Below the pieces are notes generated by a model that worked only from the letters and a program-made list of their open reading frames with translations, searched no databases and was not told the DNA's origin. 27,823 nt of DNA. It comes from a virus (taxonomy: Duplodnaviria; Caudoviricetes). This document shows positions 16,242-24,055 of this stretch, in pieces; the stretch's first letter is position 1, and the number at the start of each line of letters is the position of its first letter. Location: the IMG/VR virus record IMGVR_UViG_3300025296_000094, positions 1 through 27,823 of that record; one strand, given 5' to 3'. The translations under genes and the position numbers were made by a program.

Positions 16242-18963
16242 AGGGCTCTAAGCAGTCCCACGCTGGGCCCCACTGGGCTTCGACATCAATGGCGAGGTGT
16301 GTCCCCATCTTCCACTCGGCAGGGAGGGGTAACCACGGGACAGGTTGTTGCATGATACGTGCGACTGTCTCGACAATGTGCGGAAGTTCTGTAATCGCAC
16401 ACTCACCCACGAGGGAGTCATGAATAAACAACCGCAAGGCCCGCAACGCTGTGGGGGAATGCTGTGCCACTGCGCGTACAGCCCGACGCCCGATCGCAGC
16501 GGCGGCATGCTGGGGGTTGAAGGCAATCAAGGCCTTGGCGGAGGGACCGTAGGTCCAGGTCCAGCTATCATCAGACACCCGTGTCCAGGTCAGCACCCGG
16601 AAGTAACGATGGAGCATCCCTGAGGGATTGCGTACCCACCCTGCGCCTGCGTCAATACCCAAGCCGGGATCGCTGGTGCTATCGGTCCCATCGACACGCA
16701 GGCAGAGCTGTTGCTGCCACCGTGTAATCTCAGGGAAGAGGGCATCATAGAACTGGAAGAACGCCTTGATATCTTTTACGGGAATGACCCGATTGAGTTC
16801 CTTGAGGAGGACTTCTTGCGCCTTGAAGGGTCCCATCATGTAGTGATGTCCATGTACCAGGCGCTTGCGCACGAAGCGTTCCTTCGGGAAGTCCTGCTTG
16901 AACTGGTGTAAGGACGCCCGGAGGGTGGCATCGTCCCAGTCCAACTGTGGCAGGTCACTAGCTGGAATGACCTTATCAAGGTGGTGGAGGGCATGGGCAT
17001 TCACATAGTCATGTACCCCCATGCGGGCGAGGCGGATCAACTGGGGACTGCGTGCAAAGTACCCCACCAACACAGCTTCGATCCCCGTGTAGTCGATCTC
17101 CCAGAAGGCTGAGCCTGTGGGAGCCACGAACATGGACTTGACCAGGGACTGCAACCCACCCCCATGGGGGATCTGTTGCAGGTTGGGGTTTACCATCGAG
17201 GTGCGCAGGGTGTCCGGGTTGTTAGTAATGGTGGGGTGGCAGCGTCCATCAGCCTGGACAGGCAATCCCCCAACGACCTTGCCCCGCACCAGCTTCCCGA
17301 TGTAGGTCCCCGCCAGCTTCTGCACCTCACGGTAGTCCAACACCAGGGGATAGAGGGAGTCATCCGGGTGCTTGAGGAGGAGAGCACGCAGGGCGGTCTC
17401 GTCTGTCGTACGCTTCCCTCTCCGCCGGATGGCCTGATGCCCTTGAAAGTCCTGCCACTTCTGGATGTTCTGCCAGCTGGCGACAAAGGGGAGCGGCACC
17501 TCCCAGGCTTCCCCTTGGATGGTGCGCGTCTCGAGGAGGAGGGTACGGTCTGCCTTGACGCAGGGATGGCGGCTCCCCAACTGGCCCTCCTTGCCGCACG
17601 CAGGACAGTGCTGTACTTCCAGGGGTACAGGTACCGTGTAGCCGTGTGGAAATTTGTGGCGTGCCCGGCCCACGTGCTTGTAGCGCTTCTTGGGCTTGAG
17701 CATCAGGGGCACCACCGCCTGAATCTGCTCATCAAGGGCTTCCAGTTTGGTGTGTAAGGTGCCAGCATGCGTGCGTCGGATGGTCGCATCAATCGGCATG
17801 CCCGCTGCGTGCATGCGCTGGAAGATGGGTTCACACCCTACGATCTGGTCTTGATACAGTCGCCACATCCCGACCTCCTTGAGGAGGTCCCATGTTTTGA
17901 GTGTGATCTGGCGGGCGGCATCACTGTCGATCGCATTGTAGTAGGCGGGGTTCTCTCGGCTTAGGTGCTTCCACCGTGACTGGTTATCCAGGAGGAGCGA
18001 GGCAGCAAAGCCCAGGCTCTTGGGCAGGTCTGAGTGCAGCACATGCCATGCCACCATCCCATCATAGATGTCACCCTTGATGGGATACCCCTTGGCTTCC
18101 AGTCGCGGGCAATCGAATGCCGCATTCCACACAATCTTGGGATTCGGACTCGCCAAAATTTTGTGAATGGTGGGGTGCATGCGCCGAGTGACCCTAATGC
18201 TGAGTGCCCGTCCGGGTGCGGTGGCAAAGCTGATCCGATCAATGGGGGCACTGGCTTTGAGGTCCAGTTCATCCTCATCACGGGCCTTGTCCCGTGTCTC
18301 AATGTCAAAGGCGATGGGGGTGTCAGGGTTCTGGAGTTCTTTCGCGGCCCAGGCTGCGGCTGCATCACTGGTGGGATCCAAGGCATAGTGGTGGCGCGTG
18401 CGGTGATGCCCCGTGGTGGCAATGCGCATGGCCAACTGTAGATCATGAATCAGTACGGCAGCAAAGTTGGCGTTGCCCCGTAGGATGTAGCTGGGATGGA
18501 CGGAGGGGAGCAGCAGGTGCTGTCGCCAGTAGGAGACATACCCACGTGCAGCCAGGAGTGGTGTTGGGCTCCCGCCCGTGAACTGTTGGAAGGCTGTATT
18601 CCCTAACGGTACGATGACCCGATACGAGGGCTTGCCTGCATAGATAGCAGGTAAGAGGTGTGCATCCCAGCAGTGGGCTAAGGCGCGTGGTACTGCAGGG
18701 TGGGTAATGTCATTACGTGGAGGGCGACACCAGAGGGCATTCGCAATGCTAAATTGACTACGCTCGAACCCGGCCCGTGCGATGCAATCATTCAACACCC
18801 GACCAGCCGGACCCACAAAGGGCCGACCTTCTCGCGCTTCCTCTGCGCCAAGGGCTTCTCCAACGAGGAGGACACCAGCGGTGCCCTCCCCATCGAGTGC
18901 CATGAACCCCTCCCCTGCCTGATCCAAGGGACAGCCTTGGCAGGCGGCAGGTTTGGTGAGCAT
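16231..18963 (-). CDS. polA: Family A DNA polymerase with N-terminal family-4 uracil-DNA glycosylase and 3'-5' exonuclease domains (910 aa)
   Basis: UDG: CQGCPL, GEALGAEEAREGRPFVGPAG, NALWCRPP, HPSY. Exo: FDIET, WNAAFD, YNAID. Pol: PNLQQIP, motif A DYTGIE, motif B RFVRKRLVHGHHY, motif C IHDS. Confidence 0.95.
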   Translation of the reverse strand: MLTKPAACQGCPLDQAGEGFMALDGEGTAGVLLVGEALGAEEAREGRPFVGPAGRVLNDCIARAGFERSQFSIANALWCRPPRNDITHPAVPRALAHCWDAHLLPAIYAGKPSYRVIVPLGNTAFQQFTGGSPTPLLAARGYVSYWRQHLLLPSVHPSYILRGNANFAAVLIHDLQLAMRIATTGHHRTRHHYALDPTSDAAAAWAAKELQNPDTPIAFDIETRDKARDEDELDLKASAPIDRISFATAPGRALSIRVTRRMHPTIHKILASPNPKIVWNAAFDCPRLEAKGYPIKGDIYDGMVAWHVLHSDLPKSLGFAASLLLDNQSRWKHLSRENPAYYNAIDSDAARQITLKTWDLLKEVGMWRLYQDQIVGCEPIFQRMHAAGMPIDATIRRTHAGTLHTKLEALDEQIQAVVPLMLKPKKRYKHVGRARHKFPHGYTVPVPLEVQHCPACGKEGQLGSRHPCVKADRTLLLETRTIQGEAWEVPLPFVASWQNIQKWQDFQGHQAIRRRGKRTTDETALRALLLKHPDDSLYPLVLDYREVQKLAGTYIGKLVRGKVVGGLPVQADGRCHPTITNNPDTLRTSMVNPNLQQIPHGGGLQSLVKSMFVAPTGSAFWEIDYTGIEAVLVGYFARSPQLIRLARMGVHDYVNAHALHHLDKVIPASDLPQLDWDDATLRASLHQFKQDFPKERFVRKRLVHGHHYMMGPFKAQEVLLKELNRVIPVKDIKAFFQFYDALFPEITRWQQQLCLRVDGTDSTSDPGLGIDAGAGWVRNPSGMLHRYFRVLTWTRVSDDSWTWTYGPSAKALIAFNPQHAAAAIGRRAVRAVAQHSPTALRALRLFIHDSLVGECAITELPHIVETVARIMQQPVPWLPLPAEWKMGTHLAIDVEAQWGPAWDCLEPYVL

Positions 18964-19488
18964 TTATGGACGGACGAAGTAGAAGATGTTGGCGCGGGCG
19001 GGCACCTTCTTTCCATCCGGGTTGGTTACATAGGGGAGTTTCTCCCCCGGTTTGTCTGGGTTATCAGGGAAGTCCTGATAGTTATTGGCAAGGACTACTT
19101 GGGCATCCTTATCCCAGCACCGCCATGAGACTTCCGCTTCAAAGAAACAGCCTGCTGTGGAACGCACAGCCCCCATGGCCTCGTCGACATTGTTGGTCCC
19201 GAGTGGGGGGATCCCACAGGCTTTGAGGTAGTCGGTCAAGCGTGAGCCATTCCCACTGCGCTTGGGCTTGAAGCTCGCTCGCACGAAACGGATGCTGTCG
19301 TAGTAGCCCTCGGGTGGATCCTCAATACTAAGGTCCATGACCACACCCAGGTAGCCTTCGTCTTCGTAGAACTCGAAGTCGGTAGGAGCCTTGAAGGTAT
19401 AGCGCCCGGCTGGAACGGGGCCTTCAAATTCACGGTCATCCCATTGGGTTGGATCTGGTCCTTTGAGTCCGGTTGGATCGAATGTCAT
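18964..19488 (-). CDS. Putative phage single-stranded DNA-binding protein (DUF669-like OB fold), 174 aa
   Basis: GPVPAGRYTF N-terminal motif, LTDYLKACGI; located between the Sak4-like ATPase and the polymerase; ATGA coupling. Confidence 0.7.
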   Translation of the reverse strand: MTFDPTGLKGPDPTQWDDREFEGPVPAGRYTFKAPTDFEFYEDEGYLGVVMDLSIEDPPEGYYDSIRFVRASFKPKRSGNGSRLTDYLKACGIPPLGTNNVDEAMGAVRSTAGCFFEAEVSWRCWDKDAQVVLANNYQDFPDNPDKPGEKLPYVTNPDGKKVPARANIFYFVRP

Positions 19489-20399
19489 ACTGCTGTACTC
19501 CTTCGCTCAGATTGTTGTAAACGTGTTTGTAGTTCTTTGGCAGCTGCCGCTTCACGGGCAGCCAAGATTCGTAACGCTGTCACGAGTGAGGCTGGTTCGA
19601 TTGAGGCTGGCACCTGAACCTCTGCACCCGCCTTGGGTAGACGGGGGTTGGACAGGACCACTGTGCGCGGTCCCAGCTGGGGGTCTGTGTGCGGGGATAG
19701 GTGGAGATGGTATTTCCCTCCGGTCATGGAGCACCGGAACGTGTAGTCCATCCACCGTGGCAGCTGTCCCGTCAAGGCATCCCCTACTACAAGGGGACCC
19801 AGGACGGGGGTGTTCGCTGCACTCTCACCCCGGCGGGCACCAGCCGTATAAATGTGAGGCACCGGGGGTTTCTCTGCAAGCACCCCCTCCCGTATCTGTA
19901 ATTGGGCCATTCCGTAGTGGGCCATGTTGGAGGTGCCCACCTTTAACGTGTCTTTGCCCTCTCGAATAGTGACATTCCATGCGCCTTCTCCCCCGATGTT
20001 GGTTCCTGCGGAGGACATGGTAGCCATGGTAGACATGAGCAGTTCTGCGTAGGCCGTCAAGCCTTCATGCACCACCAGACCTACCCCCTCGTTCCCTTCA
20101 CCAGCAACGGTTTCATAGGTTTGTGTTTGTGCGTTGCGTACCTCCCCACGGAGCGCGTGGTGTATCCATAACCAGGGGTTCCCCCCGTTGGGGGTATAAA
20201 GTGTGGCAGCTCCGTGCTCTGCCAGAATACGGTAGGGCTTGACGCTGCCCCGGTCAGCTAGAAAGATGGCACTGGTGGTGCCACGGGTGACGTAGAGTTC
20301 TTCTACAAGTTCGGCAATGATGGTGGACTTGCCGTGTCCAGTGTCTCCCCACAATAGGACAGACAATTCTTTAGGTAATATGAGTGGTTGCTCAGTCAC
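19485..20399 (-). CDS. Phage AAA_24/Sak4-like P-loop ATPase (RecA-like single-strand annealing protein), 304 aa
   Basis: LLWGDTGHGKST Walker A; LVVHEGLT atypical Walker B; GP.VVG..LTGQLPRWMD pattern; GAGGAGG SD with GTG start; sits between a nuclease and an SSB. Confidence 0.8.
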   Translation of the reverse strand: MTEQPLILPKELSVLLWGDTGHGKSTIIAELVEELYVTRGTTSAIFLADRGSVKPYRILAEHGAATLYTPNGGNPWLWIHHALRGEVRNAQTQTYETVAGEGNEGVGLVVHEGLTAYAELLMSTMATMSSAGTNIGGEGAWNVTIREGKDTLKVGTSNMAHYGMAQLQIREGVLAEKPPVPHIYTAGARRGESAANTPVLGPLVVGDALTGQLPRWMDYTFRCSMTGGKYHLHLSPHTDPQLGPRTVVLSNPRLPKAGAEVQVPASIEPASLVTALRILAAREAAAAKELQTRLQQSERRSTAV

Positions 20400-20479
20400 T
20401 CGTCCTCCTCTTCAATGATAACGATCTCTGTGCTTACAAGAATCCATAACCATATCATGGCCAAAATAACGATACTCAT
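20396..20479 (-). CDS. 27-aa single-transmembrane peptide, MSIVILAMIWLWILVSTEIVIIEEEDE (not in ORF track)
   Basis: Exactly fills the gap: its ATG overlaps the nuclease TGA (ATGA) and its TGA overlaps the ATPase GTG (GTGA). Hydrophobic stretch followed by an acidic tail. Confidence 0.65.
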   Translation of the reverse strand: MSIVILAMIWLWILVSTEIVIIEEEDE

Positions 20480-21711
20480 TGCGGTCGCCCTAGGTCTTCA
20501 TTCTCGACTTTCCTTTCACACAGCCCCTGTTCTGCGAAGTGGTGGGGGCGGCGGGGTGAGTACAAACCACTGCCTGTTGGGTCAGTTTGTACGGGTTTAA
20601 CGTGACAGGCTTCAAAGAATTGGCAGCGTCCGTAGCCTGTTTCGCATTGGGTCATGACCATCGGGAACTGGGTGCGGTGGACATCTGGCTCAGCACCATG
20701 GGTACACCGCAGGGCATGGATCTCCCGCTCCCGTGCAGCGAGCTGGGGTAGGATCTCTTCCCGCATCAAGCGGGTCTTCAGGAACAGGGGGTTCGTGCGG
20801 GGGAAGCACTTGGCCACCATCTCTGGTTCTTTTTTGTGGAGCTGGGCAATCCATCCCGGCATTCCCCCGTCGGGATACTCTGTGGTATTGAACCGTTCGA
20901 ATCCCGTGCGGCGTTTGGTGCCGTAGGTTGGCTCGGTCACACCCGGTGTGCCGGGGTGTCGATAGCCGTAGACCAAGGGATGATACAGCACCCCCTTGCG
21001 CCCACTGCCTTTGCCAAGCCCTTGCACCCAAGCGCCTGTGATGGGGGTACCCAAGGCTTCTTCGGCAGCAAGCATGGTCAGTTGTTGTTGTAGACTCCAG
21101 TCCCACTTGCGATTGTTCCATGAGGTGAAGGTCTTGAAGTCGGGATACCAGATGTCCCCTGTCTGTTTGTCCTTCAGCAGCAGGTCGGGGCGCACCATGA
21201 AGGTCACCCCATCGACCTGCATTTCCAGTTCCTGTTCAACGGCAATGGGTTCAAACTGTGTCATCCATTCAGGCCATAGCACCTGAAAGAACCCTGCTAG
21301 GAGGGCCCGTGCTGTGTCCTGCTGGTCATTGGAGAGGGACTGCCAGACATTGATGGGGGCACGGGGGTCAATTTGGTCAGCGGCTCCTGGTCCCAAGCCT
21401 TCCATCATCCACTGTCCCCCCTCTGCTGGAGGGCACTCGAAGTCCATGGAGGGTACCCACCGATTGTGATCGGCGATAGTATTCTCTAGGATCTGGTACT
21501 CGAGTCCCGTATGGACTGCCAGTCCGAAGGCCAGTGCGGGGGAGGGCACACTAGGTTGCAACCCAGACGGCCACCCCATTGTGGTCTCGGTTCCAATGTA
21601 GAGGGGATCGCTTGGCCCTAAAGCATTAAATTCGGTCGACCAGTAGCGCCGTCGAGGGCACGCCCAGTCTGTTTCGATGCGGGAACGGTCAGTTAATATG
21701 CTCAATCTCAT
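20476..21711 (-). CDS. PD-(D/E)XK Cas4/RecB-like exonuclease with probable Fe-S cysteines (411 aa; start may be TTG at 21705)
   Basis: WACPRRRYW, FGLAVHTGLE, VEQE, VRPDLL, YPDFKT, Q..M, C-terminal CETGYGRCQFFEAC. AGGAGG abuts the ATG but lies 6 nt from the in-frame TTG. Confidence 0.85.
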   Translation of the reverse strand: MRLSILTDRSRIETDWACPRRRYWSTEFNALGPSDPLYIGTETTMGWPSGLQPSVPSPALAFGLAVHTGLEYQILENTIADHNRWVPSMDFECPPAEGGQWMMEGLGPGAADQIDPRAPINVWQSLSNDQQDTARALLAGFFQVLWPEWMTQFEPIAVEQELEMQVDGVTFMVRPDLLLKDKQTGDIWYPDFKTFTSWNNRKWDWSLQQQLTMLAAEEALGTPITGAWVQGLGKGSGRKGVLYHPLVYGYRHPGTPGVTEPTYGTKRRTGFERFNTTEYPDGGMPGWIAQLHKKEPEMVAKCFPRTNPLFLKTRLMREEILPQLAAREREIHALRCTHGAEPDVHRTQFPMVMTQCETGYGRCQFFEACHVKPVQTDPTGSGLYSPRRPHHFAEQGLCERKVENEDLGRPQ

Positions 21712-21721
21712 CCTCCTGAGA

Positions 21722-21738
21722 GTGTGATACTATCACAC
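21722..21738. promoter_or_regulatory. Perfect 17-bp palindrome GTGTGATA-C-TATCACAC: candidate bidirectional extended -10 promoter/operator
   Basis: Reads TG-A-TACTAT on + (6 nt before ATG 21740) and TG-A-TAGTAT on -, within a 28-bp divergent gap. Confidence 0.65.
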
Positions 21739-21739
21739 C

Positions 21740-22654
21740 ATGCAACTATCATCGTTACTCCCACCTAATGAGGTGAGTGTGTTGGCTGGCGCTTCGGGAG
21801 CTGGCAAGTCTACCCTGCTGCTCCAGTTTCTGAAGACCTGGCAGGCCGGAGACTCCTTCCTAGAGATACCGCCCCCCAAGCAGCGAATAGCGTATCTGGT
21901 AGGGGACCGTTCCATCCGCTCGCTCCAACAGCGAGCAGTCGATGTTGGTCTGGACCTGGCGTCGTTTCCCTGCTCGTCGTTGATTGACGATCGGGACTTG
22001 GACATTCAGCAGTTCAAGGTAGACCCGTTGGGGTTGCTCTTCACGTTGCTGGATGCCTTGGAAGGACCGCTCTTTATTGTCGATCCGTTGATTGTCTTTC
22101 TCGGTGTGGACTTGAATCGGTATAACCTCGTTGCGCCTCAACTAATCCAGCTGAATCGCTTTTGTCAACAGCGGAACTACACCGTCTTGGGCACACATCA
22201 CACTACGAAAGCCCGCACGGACTTCGCCTTCCTCCGACCACAAGACCGCATCTCAGGTAGCTCTGCGTTGAGTGCGTTTACGTCAACCCAGCTCGCCCTC
22301 ACCTCCCCGGATGAAGTGCAACATGCTGTGCCTTTGTTGGAGTCGGCGGCTCGGTTGGATGTGGTGAGTCACTTGGCTGCCCCCGAAACCCACTGGTTAA
22401 GTCGGGGACCACAAGGACTGTTCACGCCGATGGGACCAGAAGCCGAGAAGATTCTGCAGGTCTGTGGCCCGGCAGGTTTGGCGGTGTATCAAGCCATCCC
22501 ACCGAGCCGCAGTCTAGAAACCGCTGAGATCATCGGTGCCCTGGAAGGGGTGACCTCACGGGCCACCATCTTCCGGCATCTGGAGAAGCTCGTCGCCGCT
22601 GGGATTCTCCAGCGACAGGAGCGGGGGTGTTATCGTCGAGCGTCTGTTCACTAG
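21740..22654 (+). CDS. AAA_25/RepA-like (SF4-related) helicase-type ATPase with C-terminal winged HTH (304 aa)
   Basis: VSVLAGASGAGKST Walker A; FIVDPL Walker B; LGTHHTTK; ISGSSAL; C-terminal TAEII...SRATIFRHLEKLVAAGILQRQERGCY wHTH. No SD, so probably leaderless. Confidence 0.85.
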   Translation: MQLSSLLPPNEVSVLAGASGAGKSTLLLQFLKTWQAGDSFLEIPPPKQRIAYLVGDRSIRSLQQRAVDVGLDLASFPCSSLIDDRDLDIQQFKVDPLGLLFTLLDALEGPLFIVDPLIVFLGVDLNRYNLVAPQLIQLNRFCQQRNYTVLGTHHTTKARTDFAFLRPQDRISGSSALSAFTSTQLALTSPDEVQHAVPLLESAARLDVVSHLAAPETHWLSRGPQGLFTPMGPEAEKILQVCGPAGLAVYQAIPPSRSLETAEIIGALEGVTSRATIFRHLEKLVAAGILQRQERGCYRRASVH

Positions 22655-23070
22655 CCTCCGACTTGGCACACACCACACCACTGCCAGCCGTGGACATCAG
22701 GCTCCAGTGCATTCTCGATGACCACGAAGCGGGCTTGTTGTCCGCAGTCAGCGCAGGGATACCGACCGGGTGAGGTGCCTGTGGTATCGACGAAGGTCAC
22801 AGGGATCATGAACACATGGCGATTGAGCATCCAATAGGGCGCGGCCCAGACGCCTTTGGACGTTGGGGTCATGGGGGTCAGGCGTGAGTCTGCCCGTTGA
22901 TGCCACACTGTGACCTGCTCAGGGTGGGGATCGGGCACGACCTTCCCATCCTTGGTGAAGCCCTCCTTCTCCATGCGTGCTGCGTGCTCCTCAGCGCTCC
23001 ACGCCTCACGCTGACGGCGTTTCTCTTCGTTACGTGCGGCTAGCCCTATACTGTGCAATTGCTCAGTCAT
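22651..23070 (-). CDS. Hypothetical protein with C-terminal CxxC...CxxC zinc ribbon (139 aa)
   Basis: AGGAG SD; CADC...CGVC; its TAG overlaps the TAG of the convergent helicase gene (CTAG at 22651-22654). Confidence 0.75.
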   Translation of the reverse strand: MTEQLHSIGLAARNEEKRRQREAWSAEEHAARMEKEGFTKDGKVVPDPHPEQVTVWHQRADSRLTPMTPTSKGVWAAPYWMLNRHVFMIPVTFVDTTGTSPGRYPCADCGQQARFVVIENALEPDVHGWQWCGVCQVGG

Positions 23071-23087
23071 GCTGTCTCTCTCCTATG

Positions 23088-23258
23088 TTAGAGGTCGCTT
23101 CGTGCCCCGATGGGTTGGGTGGTGAAGAACCTGAGAATGAGGTTGGCGACGGCCAACAGTTGGGCAATGGTTTCGGGGTTGGGCTGCTCCAAGGCAGACG
23201 CTACACCCAAGGTGGCGAGGTTCAACCAGAAGGTCTTCGACTTATACCATGCTTTCAT
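23088..23258 (-). CDS. Small holin-like membrane protein (56 aa)
   Basis: AGGAGG SD before ATG 23258. MKAWYKSKTFWLNLATLGVA...LLAVANLILRFFTTQPI has two hydrophobic segments and the common phage WYxSKTxWxN...NxxLRxxTxxPI pattern. Near an M15 peptidase. Confidence 0.7.
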   Translation of the reverse strand: MKAWYKSKTFWLNLATLGVASALEQPNPETIAQLLAVANLILRFFTTQPIGARSDL

Positions 23259-23268
23259 TGTGTCCTCC

Positions 23269-23607
23269 TTAGTGGACATGCTTGGGGGGTACAGGTATAC
23301 GCTCAGTGGGGAGTCCGACTGAGGACCAGAGTCCTTCAAAGAGATGCACACACATCTCACTCTGTTCCTCCTCGCTGCCGCAATCACGCACAAGCACAGA
23401 CATTACACTCATGAGCGCAGTCAACAACTGCCCAGCTGTGAGGTCATTCTCCTCAGCTTTCTGCATAACAATCTGGGCAAAGCGGAGGGTATCACGCACC
23501 ATCTGAGGGGTGGTGCCTAAATTCTTGGCAGCTTCCTCGACAGATTCAGCGTCACCCAGGTCGATGTCAATTGTTAGGGGAAGGACACGGGTTTTAGGGG
23601 AAGTCAT
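23269..23607 (-). CDS. Hypothetical protein with possible helix-turn-helix (112 aa)
   Basis: ATG at 23607 overlaps the peptidase TGA (ATGA), GGAGG upstream. SVEEAAKNLGTTPQMVRDTL resembles an HTH. Confidence 0.65.
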   Translation of the reverse strand: MTSPKTRVLPLTIDIDLGDAESVEEAAKNLGTTPQMVRDTLRFAQIVMQKAEENDLTAGQLLTALMSVMSVLVRDCGSEEEQSEMCVHLFEGLWSSVGLPTERIPVPPKHVH

Positions 23608-23984
23608 GTTGTAGTTGGCCTCCAAGGTTCGCTCTTGCGTTGGCGTATATCCCATTCAATATGGATATGATTGTAGTGGCCGGGACTGTCGAAGACGACA
23701 TCAAACCCCAGCCCGAGCGCCCCTCGTAGATGCTGATCCAACAGGACCAGCGCTGGTTTGGAGGGGCTGGTGTTAGGGGGTGGACCCTTGAAGACTTGCA
23801 GGTCCACGGCGAGGTTCTTGTAGTGCAGGCTGCGGCTGGTGTGGTCGTGGTCATTCATAGAAGTGACGATGACATCACTCCCATAGCGGGCTGACCAGAT
23901 GGCTGCCTGATTCAGCACCTCTACGATGGGAGCTTCCAAGAATCCTACTCGCACATCGCCACGTATTCCCCTGAAGCGTAGCAT
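23604..23984 (-). CDS. Peptidase M15-family Zn peptidase (putative endolysin/peptidoglycan peptidase), 126 aa
   Basis: IVTS...SLHYKNLAVD (SxH-x6-D) and HIHIEWD Zn-binding motifs; AGGAGG SD. Confidence 0.85.
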   Translation of the reverse strand: MLRFRGIRGDVRVGFLEAPIVEVLNQAAIWSARYGSDVIVTSMNDHDHTSRSLHYKNLAVDLQVFKGPPPNTSPSKPALVLLDQHLRGALGLGFDVVFDSPGHYNHIHIEWDIRQRKSEPWRPTTT

Positions 23985-24007
23985 CGGTAATCCTCCTGAA
24001 AATTTTG

Positions 24008-24040
24008 AGGAGCCTCGGCTGTATCTACCGAGTGACTCCT
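24008..24040. other. Stem-loop AGGAG-c-CTCGG-N9-CCGAG-tga-CTCCT upstream of the peptidase gene
   Basis: Two 5-bp helices read directly from the sequence; one arm is also complementary to the peptidase SD at 23993-23997. Confidence 0.55.
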
Positions 24041-24055
24041 TTAATATGTGTGTTT

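Noticed and set aside
15893-16273. 126-aa minus-strand ORF as the gene after the polymerase
   Set aside because: It overlaps the polymerase by 43 nt and has no motifs; the 15903-16241 frame has a coupled ATG and an RMF-like pattern.
17491-17706. Intein or intron in the polymerase
   Set aside because: No C/S...HN-C/S/T splice junctions, no homing-endonuclease motif, and the frame is continuous.
18420-18963. UdgX-type covalent uracil-trapping enzyme
   Set aside because: The KRRIH loop is absent; the region reads CRPPRNDITHP like ordinary family-4 UDG.
21723-21737. CRP site or lambda-type operator
   Set aside because: The TGTGA-TCACA spacer is 5 nt rather than 6, and the TATCAC half-sites are arranged opposite to lambda operators.
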